Shown here: positions 10,986 through 22,853 of the stretch, one piece after another | Position numbering within the stretch: position 1 is the stretch's first letter | Layout of the letters: the number at the start of each line of letters is the position of its first letter | Origin: Aulosira sp. ZfuVER01 | Lineage (GTDB): Bacteria; Cyanobacteriota; Cyanobacteriia; Cyanobacteriales; Nostocaceae | DNA length: 64,000 nucleotides | Direction: 5' to 3' | NCBI GenBank assembly: GCA_034530615.2 | Contig: JAVRCV020000053.1 | Coordinates: 64,001-128,000 of the forward strand | Translations under genes and position numbers: made by a program | Notes under the pieces: model-generated | Seen by the model: only the letters and a program-made list of their open reading frames with translations | Told to the model about the DNA's origin: nothing | Database searches by the model: none

Positions 10986-11402
10986 TTAAGCAGTAGCTTC
11001 TATGGCTTCAGCATCTTCCCTATCTTCTGGATCTACCTGCCTGAGACGAATGTGCTTTTTACCTAAAGTGATGAGAAACTCATCTCCTGGTTTAAGATTC
11101 ATCTGTTTTGTATAAGCCGAACCTATCAGCAAGTTACCGTTCGATTGCACACTAATTCTATAGCTTGCACTACGTCCACCACGTCCATTAGCACTAGGTG
11201 TGCTATCTAATTGAATGCCTTCAGCATCAATCAGGGCGTTTAAGAACTTCATCATATTGACGCGCTCTATACCATTTTTGGTAACGGTATAGTAGCCGCA
11301 CTTCTTGGCTTTCTCTTCTTTGCTCTCGTTCTCTAGCTCTTTAACTTTTTTGAGCAGATCTTCACCGACTAGGGGTTCAATTTTTTTCTGTTTAGCCATC
11401 AA
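10986..11402 (-). CDS. Cyanobacterial AbrB-like regulator (probably cyAbrB2/CalB clade)
   Basis: AKKCGYY and GRSASYRISVQSNGNLLIGSAYTKQMNLKPGDEF. Confidence 0.9.
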   Translation of the reverse strand: MMAKQKKIEPLVGEDLLKKVKELENESKEEKAKKCGYYTVTKNGIERVNMMKFLNALIDAEGIQLDSTPSANGRGGRSASYRISVQSNGNLLIGSAYTKQMNLKPGDEFLITLGKKHIRLRQVDPEDREDAEAIEATA

Positions 11403-11810
11403 CTTAGGTCGAAAACGAATGTTTCAAGTCTTTGAATCGATTTTATTTTAGCTGACATTGAGCTAGTAGGAACAGAATCCTTTAGTTTTTATTTCAGCCT
11501 TGCCAAGTATATTACATTCATAACCATAATTGTTACTTGATTTTCAATATTCCCAAGAGAATCTATTTTGTTGAATGCTGGCAATAGTGATAACTATATA
11601 TATGTTGTGAATTACTGCTAGACTATACTTGTTTAAGTTTTCTAAAGTAGCCCTAAAAAGTTTGTCTAACTACCGTTCTGGATAATTGGGGTACAGAATG
11701 ATAAGCAAAACTGATCCCTAGTCAAGCTCCAAAGTCTAAATTACAAATTTTTTTGACTATTGATTATTGACTATTGATTGACTATTGACTCAAAAACAAA
11801 GCTGCTCAGA

Positions 11811-12254
11811 ATGAAACTAACAACGAGAGGACACTACAGTGTTAAAGCCTTGCTTGATTTAAGCTTACAGCCAGAGTATGGCCCTGTATCTGTGAGAGCA
11901 ATTGCCAATCGCCAAGATATCCCTGCTCCTTACCTAGAAAAATTATTAATAGAAATGCGTCGTGCTGGATTAGTGAAATCAATTCGCGGCAGCGTTGGTG
12001 GATATCAATTGGCACGAGAACCTGTAAAAATATCTATAGGACAAATTTTAGAGTCAGTAGGGGAAACGATTACTTATTTGCCCCACCACGCCCCAACATC
12101 AGCACAAGCTGAAGATTGGGTAACATTTACACTTTGGCAGAGACTCAACCAAAAGCTGAAAGAAGCTATATATAGTATTACCCTGGCCGATCTCTATTAC
12201 GATGCTCGGAGTTGGCAGGCTTCACTGGGAGAAGAAGCTAATTTTGTTGTTTAG
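11811..12254 (+). CDS. Rrf2 family transcriptional regulator
   Basis: MKLTTRGHYSV..., YLEKLL, SIRGSVGGYQLAR; ATG 11811 preferred because the upstream extension is STRR sequence. Confidence 0.92.
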   Translation: MKLTTRGHYSVKALLDLSLQPEYGPVSVRAIANRQDIPAPYLEKLLIEMRRAGLVKSIRGSVGGYQLAREPVKISIGQILESVGETITYLPHHAPTSAQAEDWVTFTLWQRLNQKLKEAIYSITLADLYYDARSWQASLGEEANFVV

Positions 12255-12300
12255 TTATTAGTCATTAGTCACTAATCAATGCTAGTCATAGAAAAGACAA

Positions 12301-13269
12301 ATGACATCAGCTGTTGTTTTGATCGTTGCTGCACTTTTAGATTACTTCATTGGCGATCCCTGGGGTTGGCCTCATCCAGTACAAGTCATAGGATGGGTAA
12401 TTTCTCACTTCACCAAACTGTCTCTGAAATATTGTCATAATTCTCTAAATCAAAGAATAGCTGGAATTATATTAGGCATCATCTTAGTAATTGGTAGCGG
12501 AGGTGTTGGCTGGTTAATAATTCAAATTGCTAGATGGGTGCATCCACTCTTTGCAATCGCCTTAGAAAGCATTCTCTTAGCTAGTTGTTTTGCTGGCAGA
12601 AGTTTGAGAACAGCAGCAGTAACTGTATTAAAACCTATAACAGCAGGAAACTTAACTGAGGCTCGCGATACTTTAAGTAATTATGTTGGTCGAGATACCA
12701 AAAAACTTTCCGAACCAGAAATTTTGCGAGCGATTTTAGAAACGGTAACAGAGAATGCTACTGATGGGGTGATGGCTCCTCTGTTTTATGCAATTGTAGG
12801 AGGATTCATGCCATTTGTAGGGGTCGTGCCACTAGCTTTAGCATATAAAGCTAGTAGTACTCTGGATTCAATGGTGGGCTATCGGGAAGCACCCTATACT
12901 TATTTGGGATGGTTTAGTGCAAGGTTAGAAGATTACCTCACTTGGCTTCCTTGTCGGTTAACAGTAATGACTTTGGCATTGTTATCAGGTAAACCTCTGT
13001 ATGTTTGGCGTATTTGTTGCCGAGATGCTGTAGCCGATTCTAGTCCTAATTCTGGCTGGAGTGAGTGCGCCTATGCTGCAATCTTAGGGGTGCAGATGGG
13101 AGGTACAAATTGGTATCGTGGTGTGGCTAAACATAAACCACTTCTGGGAGATGACATTTATCCCATCACCCCTGAAAGTATTCAGTCTGCTTTGCAATTA
13201 ACTAGATATTGTTTTTTACTTTGGCTAGGGGTAGCGATCGCTATATTCTTAATACCCCTAAACAGGTAA
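12301..13269 (+). CDS. cobD: Adenosylcobinamide-phosphate synthase CobD/CbiB
   Basis: IGDPWGWPHPV, VGRDT, ENATDGVMAPLFY, TLDSMVGY, SPNSGWSE. Confidence 0.93.
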   Translation: MTSAVVLIVAALLDYFIGDPWGWPHPVQVIGWVISHFTKLSLKYCHNSLNQRIAGIILGIILVIGSGGVGWLIIQIARWVHPLFAIALESILLASCFAGRSLRTAAVTVLKPITAGNLTEARDTLSNYVGRDTKKLSEPEILRAILETVTENATDGVMAPLFYAIVGGFMPFVGVVPLALAYKASSTLDSMVGYREAPYTYLGWFSARLEDYLTWLPCRLTVMTLALLSGKPLYVWRICCRDAVADSSPNSGWSECAYAAILGVQMGGTNWYRGVAKHKPLLGDDIYPITPESIQSALQLTRYCFLLWLGVAIAIFLIPLNR

Positions 13270-13279
13270 TCATAAATAT

Positions 13280-13410
13280 AGGGCATTGGGCAAGGAGGAG
13301 AGATGGTGGCGAGGGGGAAGATGAGGAGATAGGGAAGAAAACTCCCCACACTCCCCACACTCCCTTGTCCCCCCTGCTCCCTTGCCTCCCTCATTTCCCA
13401 GTCGCCTCTA
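13280..13410. repeat. Purine-rich/pyrimidine-rich STRR-type intergenic repeat
   Basis: gggcattggg..., ctccccaca tandem units; similar blocks at about 7860-7995, 13990-14100 and 17250-17340. Confidence 0.7.
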
Positions 13411-13447
13411 ATGTCTGGTATCATACATTACTCAGGGGTATCGGTCT

Positions 13448-13990
13448 ATGGCCATGTCTGTCAAAGTAGTTGAAATTCTCTCATCGGAAGAACTCCGTCG
13501 CACTGTAACTCGTCTGGCTTCTCAGATTGTGGAGAGGACACGCGATCTATCTCAACTGGTTTTACTAGGTATTTATACTAGAGGTGTGCTGTTAGCTGAA
13601 TTATTGGCACGTCAGATTGAGATATTAGAAGGTGTCCCTGTAGAAGTGGGAGCATTAGACATCACATTTTACCGGGACGATTTAGACCAAATTGGGTTGC
13701 GGACTCCGGCCAAAACCGATATCCCTTTTGACCTGACAGGGAAAACAGTTGTCCTCGTAGATGATGTCATTTTCAAAGGCAGAACAATTCGCGCTGCTTT
13801 GAATGCAGTTAACGAGTACGGTAGACCAGAGGTAATTCGTTTAGCTGTTTTGGTAGACAGAGGTCATCGTGAGTTGCCAATTCATCCAGATTTTATTGGT
13901 AAACAATTGCCCACTGCCAAAGAAGAGATTGTCAGAGTTTACTTACAAGATTGGGATGGAAAAGATGCAGTGGAGTTGATTGCAAATTAG
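13448..13990 (+). CDS. pyrR: Bifunctional pyrimidine regulator / uracil phosphoribosyltransferase
   Basis: [39 protein letters not shown]. Confidence 0.95.
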   Translation: MAMSVKVVEILSSEELRRTVTRLASQIVERTRDLSQLVLLGIYTRGVLLAELLARQIEILEGVPVEVGALDITFYRDDLDQIGLRTPAKTDIPFDLTGKTVVLVDDVIFKGRTIRAALNAVNEYGRPEVIRLAVLVDRGHRELPIHPDFIGKQLPTAKEEIVRVYLQDWDGKDAVELIAN

Positions 13991-14117
13991 TCATTTGTTA
14001 TTGGGCATTGGGCATTAAGCATTTCTTACCTTGCTCCCTCTGCTTTTTCCTCTTCCCCGCGTCCCCTCATCCTCCTTATCCCCAATCTCCAGTCCCCACT
14101 AAACTACCCAAAACGAA

Positions 14118-16838
14118 GTGGAGGGATTCGACATTCTCGAGCCAATACTCAACTTCTATGCAGATAACAAGGAATTTATTGACAACCTGCTTTCAGGGGG
14201 GTTGCCGACAATTTTACCTGCTGTTGTTAGTTTCTTCTGGTGGTTGATTTGGCGACAACGCCAACGGCGTATTCCCCTAGAAACTTTTGCTTTTGAGGTG
14301 ATTAAGCCTTATAGTCTAGACTTGATGCAGCGAATTTTGGGTGGTGATGAGAAAGACCCTTTGGCAGACCAGAATATAGTTTATCAAAAGCGGGTGGCAA
14401 ATCGCAGCACTCGCCAGGAATTGCAACATCTTCTAGAACAACACCGTTGGGTGTTAATTGTTGGACGTAATGGGCTGGGGAAAACACGGGAAGCTGCTGA
14501 AGTAGCGAAGAATCTCAATCAAACAGGCTGGACGGTGCTTTACCTCAAGCCGAATGAATGGCTGGATGTGCCGGCGCGTTTGCCAAGGTTAATTGGTGGC
14601 GATCGCAAGTTACTATTTTTTTTAGATGACCTTAACCAGAAAATGCACCGCAGCCATGAGGAAATCTCTCCAGAAGCGGAAAAAAGTCTAGCGGAAAGAT
14701 TTACAGTTCCTTTGCAACAAAGGCTGCTAGATGCTTTAACTAAATACGAATCATTCTGTGGTAAAGCAGAAATCCGCGTCATTGCTACAGCACGTAATGA
14801 ACAGCAACCAGACTTTCCCGGAGAAGCTAACGCCTGGGATAAATTGCAATGGGAAAAATATCCTAAGCTGTGGCAGCGATTTCAAATTTATGAATTGCCA
14901 GAACCAGAGGATCGGGCAATTATTCAGGTATTAGAAGCAACTGTCCCTAAAACCAAAATTTCTACTCAGCCAGAACAGTATCCTGAACTAGCAAGGCGCA
15001 ATGATGCTACCTTCAGAAATGTAGTAGAAAATCTCCAACGTCTGCGCAACGATGGCTTGCCTTTAAACTCCAACACCTACCGCGAGAGTTTGGGGAAGAC
15101 TTGGGAAAACCGCTACCAAGAGGCAGTGCATCGGCATCCTGCAAGTCAGTATATTTACGATGCAGTGGATTTGCTGCGACAATTCGATATTCCACTGGAA
15201 CGTTTCATCGTAGAGGCGACAGCACAAATGTTAGCCGGTGGGAATTTTTGGCAAAGGCTGTGGTATCGTTGCCAAATTCACGCTGCTCTTAACTTTCTCA
15301 TTCATGCTGAACGTATTCTCACACCTAGAGATGGGCAAATAGAGGGTAAGGGTAAACACGTAGACACAGAAGCATATTTGCTGCCCTTCACCAAGGTAAT
15401 ATTAAAACTGACAGAGCGACGCCCCAAAGAAATGCAGCGCCTACTACTAAATTTTGGTGTGGAGTTGGCGATAGCAAATCATTATCAGGAAGCTATTACT
15501 TGTTGGGATAAAACAATAGAAATTCAGCCTAATTATTACCCAGCTTGGGGGAATCGGGGTATTGCACTCAGTAAATTAGGACGTTTTGCAGAGGCGATCG
15601 CATCCTATAACAAGGTGTTAGAAATCCAACCAGATGATCACTTAGCTTGGTATTACCGAGGTAATGTCCTAGATGAAGATGGACAACACGAACAAGCGAT
15701 CGCATCTTACGACAAAGCAGTAGCTCTCAAACCAGATTTACATCAAGCTTGGAATAACCGAGGCATTGCGCTGCGGAATTTAGGACGACATCAAGAGGCA
15801 TTGTCTTCTTACAATCAAGCACTGGCAATTATCCCCAACTTACACCAAGGTTGGATTAACCGGGGTAATGCCCTGCGTAACTTGGGGGAATTTGCAGAGG
15901 CGGTAGACTCTTACAACAAAGCACTCGCTATTCAACCCCAAGATAGCTATAGCTGGTACAGTCGCGGTAACTGCCTAAAGAACTTAGGTAAATTAGAAGC
16001 CGCGATCGCATCTTATGACAAAGCACTCGCTATTAAACCCGATGATGAAGCTTGGTATAACCGAGGTCATGCTCTAGGTGATTTAGGAAAGTATGAGGAT
16101 GCGGTAACGTCCTACGACCAAGCACTTGCACTCAAACCCAGCAAAGACGAAGCTTGGTATAATCGCGGCAATACACTGTTGCATTTGGAAAGGTGTGAGG
16201 ATGCGGTAAAATCCTACGACCAAGCACTGGCAATCAAACCCAGCAAAGACGAAGCTTGGAATAACCGAGGTAATGCTTTATTTAATTTAGGCAGATATGA
16301 AGATGCGATCGCATCCTACGATCGAGCTCTAGCAATTCAATCAGATAAACATAAAGCTTGGAAAAATCGCGGCAATGCCCTGTTTAATTTAGAAAAATAT
16401 GAAGATGCAGTAAAATCTTACGATCAAGCTTTATTAATTCAACCAGACAAACACGAAGCCTGGTACAACCGGGGTAATGCTTTACGTAACTTAGGAAAAT
16501 ATTTAGAAGCGATCGCATCCTACGACCAAGCGCTATTCATTAAACCCGACAAACATGAAGCCTGGAATAACCGAGGATTGGCACTGACGTACTTACACCG
16601 ATACCATGATGCGATCGCATCCTACGACCAAGCTTTAGCTATTAAACCAGACAAGCACGAAGCCTGTTACAACAAAGCTTGCTGTTATGGCTTACTAGGA
16701 AATGCGGATTTAGCAATTGAAAACTTGCAAAAAGTTATCCAACTTCATCCTGATGAATGTCGCCAGATGGCAAAAACTGACTCTGATTTCGACAAAATTA
16801 GAAATGACCAACGCTTTGTGACTTTAATCTTCCAGTGA
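14118..16838 (+). CDS. Membrane-anchored P-loop NTPase (STAND-like) with long TPR array
   Basis: N-terminal hydrophobic helix, Walker A GRNGLGKT, Walker B LLFFLDD, about 12-13 TPRs (AWYNRGNAL..LG.YEDAIASYDQAL). Confidence 0.85.
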   Translation: MEGFDILEPILNFYADNKEFIDNLLSGGLPTILPAVVSFFWWLIWRQRQRRIPLETFAFEVIKPYSLDLMQRILGGDEKDPLADQNIVYQKRVANRSTRQELQHLLEQHRWVLIVGRNGLGKTREAAEVAKNLNQTGWTVLYLKPNEWLDVPARLPRLIGGDRKLLFFLDDLNQKMHRSHEEISPEAEKSLAERFTVPLQQRLLDALTKYESFCGKAEIRVIATARNEQQPDFPGEANAWDKLQWEKYPKLWQRFQIYELPEPEDRAIIQVLEATVPKTKISTQPEQYPELARRNDATFRNVVENLQRLRNDGLPLNSNTYRESLGKTWENRYQEAVHRHPASQYIYDAVDLLRQFDIPLERFIVEATAQMLAGGNFWQRLWYRCQIHAALNFLIHAERILTPRDGQIEGKGKHVDTEAYLLPFTKVILKLTERRPKEMQRLLLNFGVELAIANHYQEAITCWDKTIEIQPNYYPAWGNRGIALSKLGRFAEAIASYNKVLEIQPDDHLAWYYRGNVLDEDGQHEQAIASYDKAVALKPDLHQAWNNRGIALRNLGRHQEALSSYNQALAIIPNLHQGWINRGNALRNLGEFAEAVDSYNKALAIQPQDSYSWYSRGNCLKNLGKLEAAIASYDKALAIKPDDEAWYNRGHALGDLGKYEDAVTSYDQALALKPSKDEAWYNRGNTLLHLERCEDAVKSYDQALAIKPSKDEAWNNRGNALFNLGRYEDAIASYDRALAIQSDKHKAWKNRGNALFNLEKYEDAVKSYDQALLIQPDKHEAWYNRGNALRNLGKYLEAIASYDQALFIKPDKHEAWNNRGLALTYLHRYHDAIASYDQALAIKPDKHEACYNKACCYGLLGNADLAIENLQKVIQLHPDECRQMAKTDSDFDKIRNDQRFVTLIFQ

Positions 16839-17195
16839 TTTTGTGGGAACTTCCACTGCTGTGACATCAATTGTGCCATCTGGAGTAAAGCGCCGAAAAT
16901 GACGATTTTGGACTAACAATTGCTCCCCACAATTAGGACATTGCAACTGGCTGTTATTTAAACCCGTAAATTCATATCGACAGACAGGACACTGATCGAC
17001 AATCAAGTTACGTTGCAGCCACCAGCGAAACCCAAAGAACGCCACCACGGGTGCTAATAGCAACAATCCAAAAATAAACAGCAATGAATTCACTAACCAG
17101 CCCAAGCCTAAAGATGCCAGCAACCAAAAAACTGCTAACAACGTGAGCCAAGGGCGAAAATTTTCAAGATAGGATGGAAAAGATTTAAGGCTCAT
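16824..17195 (-). CDS. Conserved cyanobacterial membrane protein with zinc ribbon
   Basis: Two hydrophobic helices, CPVC...CPNC, DGTIDVTAVEV tail. Confidence 0.75.
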   Translation of the reverse strand: MSLKSFPSYLENFRPWLTLLAVFWLLASLGLGWLVNSLLFIFGLLLLAPVVAFFGFRWWLQRNLIVDQCPVCRYEFTGLNNSQLQCPNCGEQLLVQNRHFRRFTPDGTIDVTAVEVPTKSLED

Positions 17196-17339
17196 TTTTT
17201 AAATGTCGTGTTGCTCTCTTTCTAGGATAGCGAGTTTAGGGAAGAGTCAATCAGGGGGATGAGGGAGTGTGGGGAGTGTGAGAAGTGTGGGGAAGAAGAG
17301 GGGGACAAGGGGGACAAATGACTATTGACTATTGACTCT

Positions 17340-18482
17340 TCAGAGTAACTCTTGCAGCCGTTTTTGCAAAGCATCTATGCCGAAAAGTGCGATCGCTTGT
17401 TCTCGCAACCAATGCCCATCACAACGTTGATCTGTTCCTGTGAGTATTTCTATACAAGCTGCGGCTACAGCATTAACATCGCGGTGGGGAACTCGCCAGC
17501 CTAAGTTCCCATCTTGCAAGGGGTCTGCTGACCCATCATCGTCACCAGATAACACTGGTATGCCACAAGCCATTGCTTCTAAATAAACAATGCCAAAGCC
17601 TTCTTGGGAAGGCATAATGTAGGCATCGGCAAGGCGATAGTGTGCCATTAATTCTTCTGTAGCAACAAAACCTGCAAAAATTACGCGATCGCTCACACCT
17701 AAATCTTTTGCGAGTTGAGCTAATCGGGGTTGGTCATCGCCGCGACCAATGACTAAGTATTTTACTTCTGGGAAAACTTGCAGAATTTGCGGTAATGCTC
17801 GAATTGTGACATCCACACCTTTATAAATATCCCCTGACCATAACCGCGCTACAGTCATCAAAACTCTGGCATTGCTTAAGCCGTACTTGGCTATGAGTTC
17901 AGGCTGCTTGGGTCCAGGGGTAAATTTATTCCCATCAATAGCACAGGGTAGTATTTTTACTAGATTCGGGTCAATAAAATTAGCCGCACAGCTGCGATCG
18001 CGACTGTAGCGGCTAATTGTCCAAATCCCTGATGCCGATGTGAGTGCGTGACGTTCTCTGGTGTTCAGCGGTTCCCACACTTCTTTACCGTAAGTTAAGA
18101 TTGTGTAAGGAATCCCCAATGGCTGGCAAAGAGTTTGTATGAGACTTGCTAAATTGATGTGACCGCAAAAAACGTGTTGGGGACGTTGTAGCAGCAAACA
18201 CTTCAGCAGCGCCAAAGTCATTTTTAATCGGCCAATTTGGGGAGATTGATTTTTAAAACCATAAAATTTTAAATTTTCTGATTCCCACAGATGTGAAGAG
18301 TTTGGACTATCTCGCAGTACAAATACTTCTGCTTTATAGTCCGCACCCAATTTTTGATAGGCGCGAAAAATATCTTTAACATAAGACTGAATTCCACCTT
18401 CGTGTACAAAAACTTCTAAGAACACGAATACATGGTTAGTTTTGCAATTAAGTTTATTAGCTAGACTGAGATTTTCGCTCAC
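17340..18482 (-). CDS. Glycosyltransferase family 4 (GT-B)
   Basis: YKGVD, EGFGIVYLEAMACG; GTG 18482 just after the gmd-remnant stop is preferred over the track start at 18548. Confidence 0.9.
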   Translation of the reverse strand: MSENLSLANKLNCKTNHVFVFLEVFVHEGGIQSYVKDIFRAYQKLGADYKAEVFVLRDSPNSSHLWESENLKFYGFKNQSPQIGRLKMTLALLKCLLLQRPQHVFCGHINLASLIQTLCQPLGIPYTILTYGKEVWEPLNTRERHALTSASGIWTISRYSRDRSCAANFIDPNLVKILPCAIDGNKFTPGPKQPELIAKYGLSNARVLMTVARLWSGDIYKGVDVTIRALPQILQVFPEVKYLVIGRGDDQPRLAQLAKDLGVSDRVIFAGFVATEELMAHYRLADAYIMPSQEGFGIVYLEAMACGIPVLSGDDDGSADPLQDGNLGWRVPHRDVNAVAAACIEILTGTDQRCDGHWLREQAIALFGIDALQKRLQELL

Positions 18483-18483
18483 T

Positions 18484-19029
<546 letters not shown>

Positions 19030-19076
19030 TTAGGAGAAGAATTCTCAAATAACCTGCAAGTTGAGATATTCTTCCC

Positions 19077-19520
19077 CTAATGCTGTCCCTCTACAGCATA
19101 TTTAACAATCAGCAAACAATTTCTACCATCCGAACCCCGTTGGTAGACAACACGATCGGCCAAGCGTCTCAGTAGAAACCATCCATAGCCTCCTACTTGA
19201 AGAGTACCTGGTTTTGGCTCGGCGATCGCATCAGGATTAAAAGGTTGCCCATAATCCCAAATTCTCATTTCCAACCTATCAATCCATAAGCAAACCTCAA
19301 TCTCTATCGTTGTTTCTGGCGGTAATGCCGAGTGAGCATGACGAACTGCGTTAGTAAAGCCTTCTGCTAATGCTAAGTTAAGCCGATAGAGTTGGGTTTG
19401 TGACCAGCCAAGTTGAGACAAATTTTGCCGACAAAATTGCTCAAACCATTGTTGCACTTGGTTAAGGAGCTTTAATTCGCTCTTCACCGTCAGATGGTCG
19501 TGCTGCACTATGCTAAGCAT
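19077..19520 (-). CDS. Anti-sigma factor / RsbW-like HATPase_c protein
   Basis: LALAEGFTNAVRHAH, IWDYGQPF, GGYGWFL. Confidence 0.88.
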   Translation of the reverse strand: MLSIVQHDHLTVKSELKLLNQVQQWFEQFCRQNLSQLGWSQTQLYRLNLALAEGFTNAVRHAHSALPPETTIEIEVCLWIDRLEMRIWDYGQPFNPDAIAEPKPGTLQVGGYGWFLLRRLADRVVYQRGSDGRNCLLIVKYAVEGQH

Positions 19521-19813
19521 TGACCTTGACTTGAATATTTAATAAGTGATGAGTATATGACAAATATCTGTATTTTTGGTACTAGTGGGTTTTTAGATTT
19601 TGGAAGAGCTTGTGAATCCAAAACTAAATATCCAAAATGCAACCTGGATCGTAAAAAATTGACGCCTGTTAATTTTTTTCACAAGCACATATTACCAGAA
19701 GTATGAGCGATGGCTTTCACCTGCGTCACCCAAAGGGCGAGTGTTTCATCCATCATAAATTCGGTATATGCTATTGAAAATTACAGGCGTCAACGTGCTT
19801 TTTGGTGACTAAT

Positions 19814-20296
19814 TTAGAACAGTCCCAAAGTCAAAGATTTGTCTAATGGTAAGGCAGCACCAATACCTAACCACAGAGTTACGAGTGTCCCAAATAGGAA
19901 CACTGTGGTTGCAACGGGACGACGGAAGGGGTTTTGGAACTTGTTGACGTTCTCAATAAAAGGAACGAGTATAAGTCCCAAAGGTACGGAAGCCATCGCT
20001 AACACTCCTAAGAGTTTGTTAGGAAGCGATCGCAAAATTTGGAATACTGGGTACAAGTACCACTCTGGCAAAATTTCCAAAGGTGTGGCAAAAGGATTGG
20101 CTGGTTCGCCGTTCATTGCTGGGTCTAGCACTGCTAGAGCTACAATGCAAGCGAACGATCCCATAATTACGATGGGAAATACGTAAAGTAGGTCATTAGG
20201 CCAAGCTGGTTCGCCATAGTAGTTATGGCCCATACCTTTGGCTAATTTTTCTCTGAGGATAGGATCGCTCAGATCGGGTTTTTTCTGTGTTGACAT
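19814..20296 (-). CDS. petD: Cytochrome b6f subunit IV
   Basis: [20 protein letters not shown]. Confidence 0.98.
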   Translation of the reverse strand: MSTQKKPDLSDPILREKLAKGMGHNYYGEPAWPNDLLYVFPIVIMGSFACIVALAVLDPAMNGEPANPFATPLEILPEWYLYPVFQILRSLPNKLLGVLAMASVPLGLILVPFIENVNKFQNPFRRPVATTVFLFGTLVTLWLGIGAALPLDKSLTLGLF

Positions 20297-20534
20297 TTTT
20301 AAATATGCTCTCCTGCTTAAGTTGAGTTAAAGCATTTGTGAAAGCCATCAGCTATCAGGCAACCCTATCCTGCGGCCAGCCAAGCTGTACGTGTCTGTGG
20401 GTTAGCCGCTAGGAGGGTTTCTGGTGCTGTCAGCTTCAGATATCAAGTTTTGTTGTTCTCATTGTTCTTCAGTTTAAAACAAACAACTCGATCTTGAAAC
20501 TGACTGCGGTTGCCTGTTCGCGCTCAGGCTGAAA

Positions 20535-21182
20535 TTACAAAGGACCAGAAATGCCTTGTTTGCGAATCATCAAGAAGTGGAACAGCATGAAGACCGCAAT
20601 CAACCACGGCAGAACAAAGGTGTGGGCGCTGTAGTAGCGGGTTAGGGTCGCTTGACCGACGCTAGAACCACCACGTAGCAGGTCGGAGATCAGAACACCA
20701 ACCACGGGAATTGCTTCTGGAACGCCGCTCACGATTTTCACAGCCCAGTAGCCAACTTGATCCCAAGGTAGTGAGTAACCTGTCACGCCAAAGGAAACGG
20801 TGATTACAGCCAGGATGACGCCACTTACCCAAGTCAATTCGCGGGGCTTTTTGAAACCACCTGTCAGGTAAACGCGAAAGACGTGCAAAATCATCATCAG
20901 CACCATCATGCTGGCAGACCAGCGGTGAATGGAGCGAATCAACCAGCCGAAGTTTACTTCTGTCATGATGTACTGCACTGAGGAGTAAGCTTCAGCGACA
21001 GTTGGCTTGTAGTAGAACGTCATGGCAAATCCAGTCGCAAACTGGATTAGGAAGCAAACCAGGGTAATGCCACCTAGGCAGTAAAAGATGTTGACGTGGG
21101 GAGGAACGTACTTGCTAGTAACATCATCAGCGAGTGCTTGAATTTCCAAGCGCTCCTCAAACCAGTCGTAAACGTTGGCCAT
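20535..21182 (-). CDS. petB: Cytochrome b6
   Basis: [36 protein letters not shown]. Confidence 0.98.
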   Translation of the reverse strand: MANVYDWFEERLEIQALADDVTSKYVPPHVNIFYCLGGITLVCFLIQFATGFAMTFYYKPTVAEAYSSVQYIMTEVNFGWLIRSIHRWSASMMVLMMILHVFRVYLTGGFKKPRELTWVSGVILAVITVSFGVTGYSLPWDQVGYWAVKIVSGVPEAIPVVGVLISDLLRGGSSVGQATLTRYYSAHTFVLPWLIAVFMLFHFLMIRKQGISGPL

Positions 21183-21538
21183 ACAATCTCAAGTTCCTAA
21201 AAATCAGTTGCGGTTGATCAATCTCCCAATTAGCAATTTTGGGATTTTAACAAAGAGGAGTTTGCTTGTTTGCTTTTGAAGCTTCAGAGTGATAAGACTT
21301 TTAATAAACTTAACACTCTGTAAACATATTATGTATTGCGTTTTCAGGGCAAACCAACACGATGAATATTGGTCACAAAGTAGATCTTATCGTTTGTTGA
21401 GTGGTATGCAACCCAATCAGCTGACTTAACAACTTGATTAAGACCAATGCACCACTTCTATAAAAAAAGTAACATAGTCGAGAGATAGATTTCATCAAAA
21501 ACAAAGCAACTGGGCAGTTCTAGGCAATTTGGGTTGAG

Positions 21539-22807
21539 GTGGAATTCAAGATGGGCTTGTTCATGAACAAAAAGGTTTTTCGGCTGGGATTTTCATTGCT
21601 AATGGCAGTTTGGCTGGCACTGGGCACACTTATCCAACCAGCAGCGGCTTTGACAGATGAGCAAAAACTGATATCAGAGGTTTGGCGAATTGTCAATCGA
21701 ACTTATCTAGATGAAACGTTTAATCATCAAAACTGGGCAACGGTGCGGCAAAAGGCTTTGGAGAAGCCAATCAAAAACCAGGAAGCCGCTTATGCAGCAA
21801 TTCAGAATATGCTCAAAAGCTTGGACGACCCCTTTACCCGTTTTTTAGACCCAGAACAGTACCGTAGTTTACAGGTCAATACTTCTGGCGAACTAACAGG
21901 GGTGGGTTTACAAATTGCCCTTGACCCGGAAACTGGGAGGTTGGAAGTAGTCGCACCCATAGCAGGTTCACCAGCAGACAAAGCCGGAATTAGACCACGC
22001 GATCGCATTGTCAAAATTGAGGGTGTCTCTACAGAAAATCTGACATTAGACGAAGCTGCTGCTAAAATGCGCGGGCCAATTGGCAGTCTAGTGACGCTGT
22101 TAATCGCACGGGATGGCGAGGGAGAAAAGGAATTGAGGGTGATGCGCGATCGCATTGCTTTAAACCCTGTAGTCGCAGAAATGCGCGTTACCCCACAAGG
22201 TACACCCATTGGCTACCTGCGCCTGAATCAGTTTAATGCCAACGCCTCAATGGAAGTGGCACACGCCATTACTAGTCTAGAAAAAAAAGGTGCGGCTGCC
22301 TATATTTTAGATTTACGCAATAATCCTGGGGGGCTATTGCAAGCAGGCATTGAAATCGCTCGGTTGTGGTTAGACTCTGGCACCATAGTTTACACCGTCA
22401 ATCGCCAGGGAATTCAAGGCAGTTTTGAGGCATCTGGCCCAGCACTGACACCAGATCCATTAGTTATTTTAGTCAATCAAGGAACTGCCAGTGCCAGTGA
22501 AATTCTCGCGGGTGCATTACAAGATAATGGTCGTGCCCAGCTAGTAGGCGAAACTACTTTTGGTAAAGGTTTGATTCAGTCCTTGTTTGAATTATCAGAT
22601 GGTTCTGGCTTGGCAGTAACAATTGCTAAGTATGAAACACCTCAACATCGAGATATTAACAAGCTAGGTATCAAACCAGACAAAGTAATTTCTCAAGAGG
22701 CTATTACCCGCGAACAGATTGCTACAGAAGCAGATCAACAATATCAAGCAGCAGTGGAATTGTTAACGAAAAATTCAGTAGTAGCGGGATTGGGACATGG
22801 GGCATAA
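21539..22807 (+). CDS. ctpA: C-terminal processing protease (D1 protease)
   Basis: PDZ domain, DLRNNPGG, TASASEI, TFGKGLIQ; divergent from petB. Confidence 0.93.
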   Translation: MEFKMGLFMNKKVFRLGFSLLMAVWLALGTLIQPAAALTDEQKLISEVWRIVNRTYLDETFNHQNWATVRQKALEKPIKNQEAAYAAIQNMLKSLDDPFTRFLDPEQYRSLQVNTSGELTGVGLQIALDPETGRLEVVAPIAGSPADKAGIRPRDRIVKIEGVSTENLTLDEAAAKMRGPIGSLVTLLIARDGEGEKELRVMRDRIALNPVVAEMRVTPQGTPIGYLRLNQFNANASMEVAHAITSLEKKGAAAYILDLRNNPGGLLQAGIEIARLWLDSGTIVYTVNRQGIQGSFEASGPALTPDPLVILVNQGTASASEILAGALQDNGRAQLVGETTFGKGLIQSLFELSDGSGLAVTIAKYETPQHRDINKLGIKPDKVISQEAITREQIATEADQQYQAAVELLTKNSVVAGLGHGA

Positions 22808-22853
22808 GGCAGAGGAATAGGGTCTAAATTTTATGTAGCATCAAAGACGAATA

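Noticed and set aside
13182..13469. ORFs 13182..13424 and 13209..13469 (also 13951..14247)
   Set aside because: Translations of STRR-type low-complexity repeats.
15480..16700. About 102-bp periodic DNA repeats
   Set aside because: Explained by TPR coding repeats.
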